Shown one piece after another: positions 59,446-64,000 of a stretch of 64,000 nucleotides of DNA (its first letter is position 1; every line of letters starts with the position of its first letter). The translations under genes and the position numbers were made by a program. The DNA lies in assembly GCA_965208025.1 (NCBI GenBank), contig OZ242302.1, positions 3,280,727 to 3,344,726 on the forward strand, given 5' to 3'. The notes under the pieces were generated by a model, which had not been told where the DNA came from, ran no database searches, and saw only the letters and a program-made list of their open reading frames with translations. This stretch comes from Rhodothermales bacterium (lineage in GTDB: Bacteria > Bacteroidota > Rhodothermia > Rhodothermales > Bin80).

Positions 59446-59451
59446 AGCAAA

Positions 59452-59471
59452 AACCGTAAAAAGTTTTGTCG
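59452..59471. repeat. IS21 subterminal repeat (right). A second degenerate copy follows at ~59478-59497
   Basis: 'aaccgtaaaaagttttgtcg', then 'agtaaaaagttttgtcgtt'. Multiple terminal repeats are typical of IS21 ends. Confidence 0.85.
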
Positions 59472-59500
59472 CTGGCAGTAAAAAGTTTTGTCGTTAGACA

Positions 59501-60368
59501 GTAATAAAGTGAATCTTCTGCTGCGTTAAACGTCCCAACTGCTCATAGGTGGTCACACCACTATCAAATATTAACTCAGAGGGTTTCGTACCCGTGCGCT
59601 GCGCATAGTCATCCACAAAGTTCTGGATTGCCAGAGAATGGTTCTCTTTGTGCACCGTCGTATCGGCATAGGAAAAGACGCGATGGTTGGCATCCCGCGC
59701 CAGAAAGGTCAAAACCCCTAATTGTCGCCGACTCCGCTTACTGATATAGTGTTTTTCCAACCGTGCTTTGTCTCCATGATAGGGGATGGTGTGAAAATCC
59801 AGATCAAACGAAGTGCCACGGCCCAGACCTGCGTTAAGACGTGCAGCGGCATCCAGCCATCCATGGGTAAACGGTTGCGTGAAGTGGGGATCACATCGGG
59901 AGCTGTATTCGCTTAATGTGGACCGTTTTGGAATGCCATTGAGTCCGGCAAAGAGTGCGAGTCCCTCGTCCATGGTGTTTGCCATCACATGAGTATGTCG
60001 TCCAATCCCCCAGAGCTTGAGAGCTAACAAGGAACGGATCATACAGGGAGCAGGAATGAACTTGGATCCTGGCAAATGTTGGACTAAGGACTTCATCTCC
60101 ATCTTAACCAAGTCTGGCAGGAAGAGAAAAAGTCCGCCAGAACTGGTAGAGAACTTATGTGGTGATAAGTTGAGCGCGCGACAATCAGCACGCGTGGCCT
60201 GTGCGGGTTTAGGTGAAGGGGGCCGAGTGGGCAGGCGTGGAAGCCCTGCCGCACGGATCACCTTACTGATATAAGACGGGGTTGCATCAAGCCCTTCTTT
60301 CCGTAGCAGAGAGAGAATATGATGGATAGAAACGTTGGGTTCTACCACAATTTGAGTTCTTGGATACA
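59501..60368 (-). pseudogene. N-terminal portion of the IS4-like transposase (severed by IS21)
   Basis: HTH-like 'SIHHILSLLRKEGLDATPSYISKVIRAAGL', first and second DDE Asp contexts 'DLDFHTIPYHG' and 'LIFDSGVTTYEQL'. The ORF runs into the IS21 end ('IHFIT|V*'). Confidence 0.6.
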
Positions 60369-61117
60369 TTGAATGTATACTCAATCCATTCATAAATATC
60401 CTTGAAGTAATTCCATAAAGATTTCGCGGATTGTTCTTGTCGGAGTCTCGCCATGTACTCGCGAATCTTAGAATCACGTTTGGAACCAATCCTCCAGATC
60501 AGAATGCGCTCAAGGTGATCTTGACGCTCTCGCTTCCCACTCATGTACTTCCCGCACATCACCGCTTGACCTCCTTTTTTTGTGAAAAAACGTTTTGCAT
60601 CTGTCACCCATGGGCCGTTGTAGATTGAGTTTCTTAACTCTTGATCAGACAATTCTTTTGCACCTGTGTTAATTGTCTGAAACCAACGCATCAACTCATT
60701 TGGATCCCCTTCGCAAACATGCACATGGAGTTTGTAATTTAAGATTCGTTCCTGATCTTTTTCTTCTAATCCATGCCAGTGTTGGGTTTCTTCATTGCCG
60801 ATAGAGAAGGAGAACTCACGGTTAATGATGAATTTGCAGATGGTAATGATCCGTTGTTGTCCATCCAGCAACTCATAATCATATTCACTATTTTCGGCTT
60901 TCGCAAAGTAGATGAGGTTCACGGGTCGGTCGTGATAGATTGACTCAATAAGTGCCCCCTGGAAGTCTTTCTTGCCATCATAGATGTATTCTCGTTGATA
61001 GGGTGGTCGAATATTCAGCATCCCGCCGTACCCAATGACTTGGCCACTCTCGTCATCATGATAGCCTTCAATGATGTCTCGTATAGTGAGTTCGTGCTCG
61101 TGGATTTTCATCTTCAT
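60287..61117 (-). CDS. DUF262 (ParB-like nuclease / GmrSD N-domain) protein. Its 3' end runs into the IS4-like element
   Basis: 'LLDGQQRIITI' DGQQR motif, 'IRPPYQREY', 'FQTINTGAKELSDQEL'. The last ~35 codons ('NVSKNSNCGRTQRF...') lie in IS-derived sequence. Confidence 0.75.
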   Translation of the reverse strand: MKMKIHEHELTIRDIIEGYHDDESGQVIGYGGMLNIRPPYQREYIYDGKKDFQGALIESIYHDRPVNLIYFAKAENSEYDYELLDGQQRIITICKFIINREFSFSIGNEETQHWHGLEEKDQERILNYKLHVHVCEGDPNELMRWFQTINTGAKELSDQELRNSIYNGPWVTDAKRFFTKKGGQAVMCGKYMSGKRERQDHLERILIWRIGSKRDSKIREYMARLRQEQSAKSLWNYFKDIYEWIEYTFNVSKNSNCGRTQRFYPSYSLSATERRA

Positions 61118-62121
61118 TGCATTTGTAGGTTACGGATAAAGAGACGTTTGTATACTCTCAGGCCATTGAGAACTGCTTGTGCCACTTTGCTTTGGGGGCT
61201 CCAAAGACCACAAGAAAAGCCTTTACCCTCACTTTCCGTTGCACCCAGAATCTCAAACTGATCAGGATTATATTTATCCAGAAAAGTGATGGGGACGCCC
61301 ATGGCACCTTTATAGTCTCTCGGAATTTCCTTCGTCTTGTTCACCTCAATCGCATCGTAGTTGTCGTATTTCGGGTATTCTTGTGGGGAGTATTTCTTGT
61401 AGAGAATCATCTCTTCATGCCGTTTCTTGTGATCTAAGTTGGTGAACCATCTTACCCCTTTCACTCTAACATATTTTTTTCCCAGGTTGTCAACTCTGAA
61501 AGACGAAGCTGTTAAGGGGTAATGGTCCGGTACCCCAAATTCTCGGTCTCCACTTGATATACTGGGGCCATACCATATTTGATTATCCTTAAACAATGGG
61601 AAGATCTCCTTATATGTCACTGCATTCATGTTTCCAATGATCAGAAATTTTTTATTGTACTCCATTAACTGCGCAACATACTCCCGAAAGAGCGAGAATG
61701 GGGGATTCGTTACAACAATATCGGCTTCCTTCAATAACTCAATGCACTCAAGGCTGCGAAAGTCTCCATCTCCCTGCAGGGGATTTGCTGCAATTTCATC
61801 TGGATCGGGACGTCGGTTCCTGTCCTGATCTCCACGGTATTCCAGATAAATCGCTCGCTCGGAATCATGTTTTGAAAATAGATCGGATTGTTGATTCTGA
61901 TAGCATGTCGCTATCAAATTTTTGAGTCCGTAGAACTCAAACTGTTTGGAAAAGAATTTGAAAAAGTTACTCACGCGAGGATCATCGCAGTTGCAATACA
62001 CGATCTTGTCTCGAAAATGACCTTTATAATGACGCAACTCGTTCTCTATGTCGCTTAATTGGGTATAGAATTCATCCTTCTTTGCACTCTTTGCAGATTG
62101 TAGGGTAACGTTTTGAGACAT
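61114..62121 (-). CDS. EcoRI-methylase-like N6-adenine DNA methyltransferase
   Basis: 'DEFYTQLSDIENEL', 'ADIVVTNPPFSLFREY' (NPPF motif IV), 'GVPITFLDKYNPDQFEI'. ATGA overlap with the DUF262 gene. The start is placed at the Met at 62121. Confidence 0.75.
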   Translation of the reverse strand: MSQNVTLQSAKSAKKDEFYTQLSDIENELRHYKGHFRDKIVYCNCDDPRVSNFFKFFSKQFEFYGLKNLIATCYQNQQSDLFSKHDSERAIYLEYRGDQDRNRRPDPDEIAANPLQGDGDFRSLECIELLKEADIVVTNPPFSLFREYVAQLMEYNKKFLIIGNMNAVTYKEIFPLFKDNQIWYGPSISSGDREFGVPDHYPLTASSFRVDNLGKKYVRVKGVRWFTNLDHKKRHEEMILYKKYSPQEYPKYDNYDAIEVNKTKEIPRDYKGAMGVPITFLDKYNPDQFEILGATESEGKGFSCGLWSPQSKVAQAVLNGLRVYKRLFIRNLQMQ

Positions 62122-62575
62122 CAATGCTAATGGAGTTGTTGAATACAAGTCGATCTTCCAGACAAGCTTTTGGAAGTGAAATATTTGCTTCAATCACGAA
62201 CCTCGTGGTAGAACCTTGGTTTTCGTAAAAAATAATACGTCGGTATAGATATGAAGACAATTCAATTGTTGAAAGTATGAAGGTCTTCAATTGAACTATA
62301 ATTTGGAATGTGTTTTCATGATATACGCCCACCAGACTAACCGAATATTTCATACGATGAGTTGCCAGAGAATGGAGCTCATCCTGTTTTCCACGAATAT
62401 TATTGTTCACCAAATCAAAGATACTCCAAATCATGAAGTCTAATCAATTTTATCAAGGCAGTTACTCTTTTCAGATATTCCATTCTTGGTCTATTTCTAA
62501 TCTGTCATCTTTTAATAGCACTATCAATTGGGTTACATTATTTGCTACTCTACCAAAGAATAAGCAACTTCACCA

Positions 62576-63808
62576 ATGGACAAGAAGATGTCTCTGAATA
62601 TTGAAGATGTGCTTTACCTTGAAGATACTCTGAGTGAGGAAGAGCGTCTGATTCAAAATTCTGCCAGACGATATGCACAGGAAAAACTTGAACCGCGTGC
62701 GCTGGAGGGGAATCAGGATGAAGTTTTTCACATGGAAATTGCCAAGGAGATGGGGGAGATTGGGCTGCTGGGAGCGTTCATCCCCGAGAAGTATGGTGGA
62801 GCGGAGGTCAGTTATACGGCCTATGGATTGGTTGCGCGCGAACTCGAGCGTATTGATTCTGGATATCGGTCCTTCATGTCGGTCCAATCGTCATTGGTCA
62901 TGCTCCCCATCTGGAAGTTTGGCACCGAGGAGCAGCGGACGACGTTTCTGCCGCATCTGGCGAACGGGGAGATGATTGGATGCTTCGGTTTATCTGAATC
63001 CAATCATGGATCAGATCCTGGATCCATGGAAACCACTGCACTTAGGGTATCTGGAGGCTGGCAATTGAACGGAGCAAAAATGTGGATCACCAATTCCCCA
63101 ATTGCTGATCTAGCGATCATATGGGCGAAAGCCAAAGAGTCCAGAGATGATCCCGGTGTCATCCGTGGGTTCATCGTTGAACGGGATAGCCCAGGGTTTA
63201 CCGCACCAAAGACTCAAAATAAAATGAGTCTTCGTGCATCCATTACAGGAGAGATTGTTCTGCAAGACACATTCGTTCCTGACTCGAGAGTGTTTCCGGA
63301 TGTTGAGGGACTCCGCGGCCCGTTCACCTGCCTGAATAGTGCTCGGTATGGGATTGTTTGGGGAGCCTGCGGGGCGGCAGAAAACTGCTTTCATCGGGCG
63401 CGAAACTATGTCATGGATCGCAGTCAGTTCGGTCATCCATTAGGAGCTATGCAACTCATCCAGACAAAATTGGCGAACATGGTTACCAGTATTACACAGA
63501 TGCAACTCCTGGCATGGAGGATTGGCAGCCTGATGGATTCCGGTCAAAGTATTCCCGAAATGATCTCCATGGCGAAACGAAACAACTGTAACACGGCACT
63601 CGAGATTGCAAGAACAGCTCGAGATATGCTAGGCGGTAATGGAATCACAGGGGATTTTCGTGTGATTCATCATATGGTCAATCTGGAGAGCGTGAACACC
63701 TATGAGGGCACCTACGATATTCACGGTCTAGTGCTAGGACGAGCGATTACAGGCATTCAGGCGTTCATTCCTCTGGGAAATTCATCCGACTCGTCCTCTC
63801 ATGACTGA
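62576..63808 (+). CDS. Acyl-CoA dehydrogenase, glutaryl-CoA dehydrogenase-like. The last codons derive from an IS end
   Basis: 'GCFGLSESNHGSDP', 'GAKMWITNSP', 'NTYEGTYDIHGLVLGRAITGIQAF'. The tail 'NSSDSSSHD*' is encoded by the repeat starting at 63779. Confidence 0.85.
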   Translation: MDKKMSLNIEDVLYLEDTLSEEERLIQNSARRYAQEKLEPRALEGNQDEVFHMEIAKEMGEIGLLGAFIPEKYGGAEVSYTAYGLVARELERIDSGYRSFMSVQSSLVMLPIWKFGTEEQRTTFLPHLANGEMIGCFGLSESNHGSDPGSMETTALRVSGGWQLNGAKMWITNSPIADLAIIWAKAKESRDDPGVIRGFIVERDSPGFTAPKTQNKMSLRASITGEIVLQDTFVPDSRVFPDVEGLRGPFTCLNSARYGIVWGACGAAENCFHRARNYVMDRSQFGHPLGAMQLIQTKLANMVTSITQMQLLAWRIGSLMDSGQSIPEMISMAKRNNCNTALEIARTARDMLGGNGITGDFRVIHHMVNLESVNTYEGTYDIHGLVLGRAITGIQAFIPLGNSSDSSSHD

Positions 63809-64000
63809 TGCGTGTTCTGGTTAGTCTGGTTCTAAGCCCAATACCCGCCTCCACATCTCAAAGGCAAGCCACCAATCCACTTGAGTGCAGTGATGTGTGT
63901 CGCCCTTGGCAAACCGATCTGCCATAGATTGCAACTTCTTCTGGTCATAGGCATGGTAGCTGCGTACCGAGTAACTCCCTAAAGAATCCAATATGAATTC
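63779..64000 (-). mobile_element. Second copy (partial, runs off the window) of the IS4-like element
   Basis: Collinear with 55931-56152, with 4 substitutions and 1 single-base indel. In this copy the transposase tail reads through as '..MADRFAKGDTHHCTQVDWWLAFEMWRRVLGLEPD*'. Confidence 0.7.

Larger units (their letters stand above)
56880..59500 (-). mobile_element. IS21-family insertion sequence (istA-istB), apparently intact, inserted into the IS4-like transposase gene
   Basis: 2621 bp. Termini are 'TGTTCAACGACAA...' on the left and '...TCGTTAGACA' on the right (TGT/ACA ends). 20-nt subterminal repeats lie at 56909-56928 and 59452-59471. A 5-bp direct duplication GTAAT flanks the element (56875-56879 and 59501-59505). 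Removing the element plus one GTAAT restores '..IHFITLRR..'. Confidence 0.85.
55931..60373 (-). mobile_element. IS4-family-like insertion sequence (copy 1), decayed and interrupted by an IS21 element
   Basis: Its left ~220 nt is nearly identical to 63779-64000. The transposase fragments carry DDE contexts 'DLDFHTIPYHG' and 'LIFDSGV' plus the Y-x2-R-x3-E signature 'YARRMVIE'. The right boundary (~60373) is approximate, because the IR is imperfect and no TSD was identified. Confidence 0.6.

Overview
A 64-kb chromosomal segment, probably from an FCB-group bacterium (Bacteroidota/Balneolota/Rhodothermota-like). The evidence is a T9SS C-terminal sorting domain, a TonB-dependent receptor with a CarboxypepD_reg-type N-domain, and weak Shine-Dalgarno usage. 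No rRNA, tRNA or CRISPR array was recognised. The left ~43 kb is mostly housekeeping and transport: a 5'-truncated RND permease, mpl, a ccmF-like heme lyase, and a Mn/Zn-type metal ABC importer with a DtxR/MntR-family regulator nearby. It also holds an arsM / AhpD-like / arsS arsenosugar-type cluster, two ABC exporter genes flanking RNase Z, and arginase. Further along are a TRAP transporter operon with an embedded NCS2 permease, a TonB-dependent receptor, a CN-hydrolase, an M20 amidohydrolase and a large S8 protease with plant-type LRRs. A cold-shock gene and a complete suf operon (sufBCD, a sufS-sufE fusion, sufT, and a divergent iscA/sufA) close this part. The right ~20 kb is a patchwork of defence and mobile DNA. 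The most interesting part is a three-gene, translationally coupled ubiquitin-like conjugation operon at 43.5-46.0 kb: a triple beta-grasp Ubl ending in GG-E, a cysteine-free E2-like protein, and a JAB-E1 fusion. It is followed by a fused ABC-ATPase/DUF4435 (PARIS-like or OLD-like) gene. Further right are a Type III R-M system whose res is split by a -1 frameshift in an A6 tract, and an IS4-like element that has decayed and been interrupted by an IS21 element. These are followed by an EcoRI-like methyltransferase + DUF262 pair and a second copy of the IS4-like element inserted into the 3' end of a glutaryl-CoA dehydrogenase-like gene. A separate orphan Eco57I/TaqI-like methyltransferase with a decayed nuclease partner lies at 27.5-29.5 kb. 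All family assignments come from motif recognition by eye, and none has been verified by database search.
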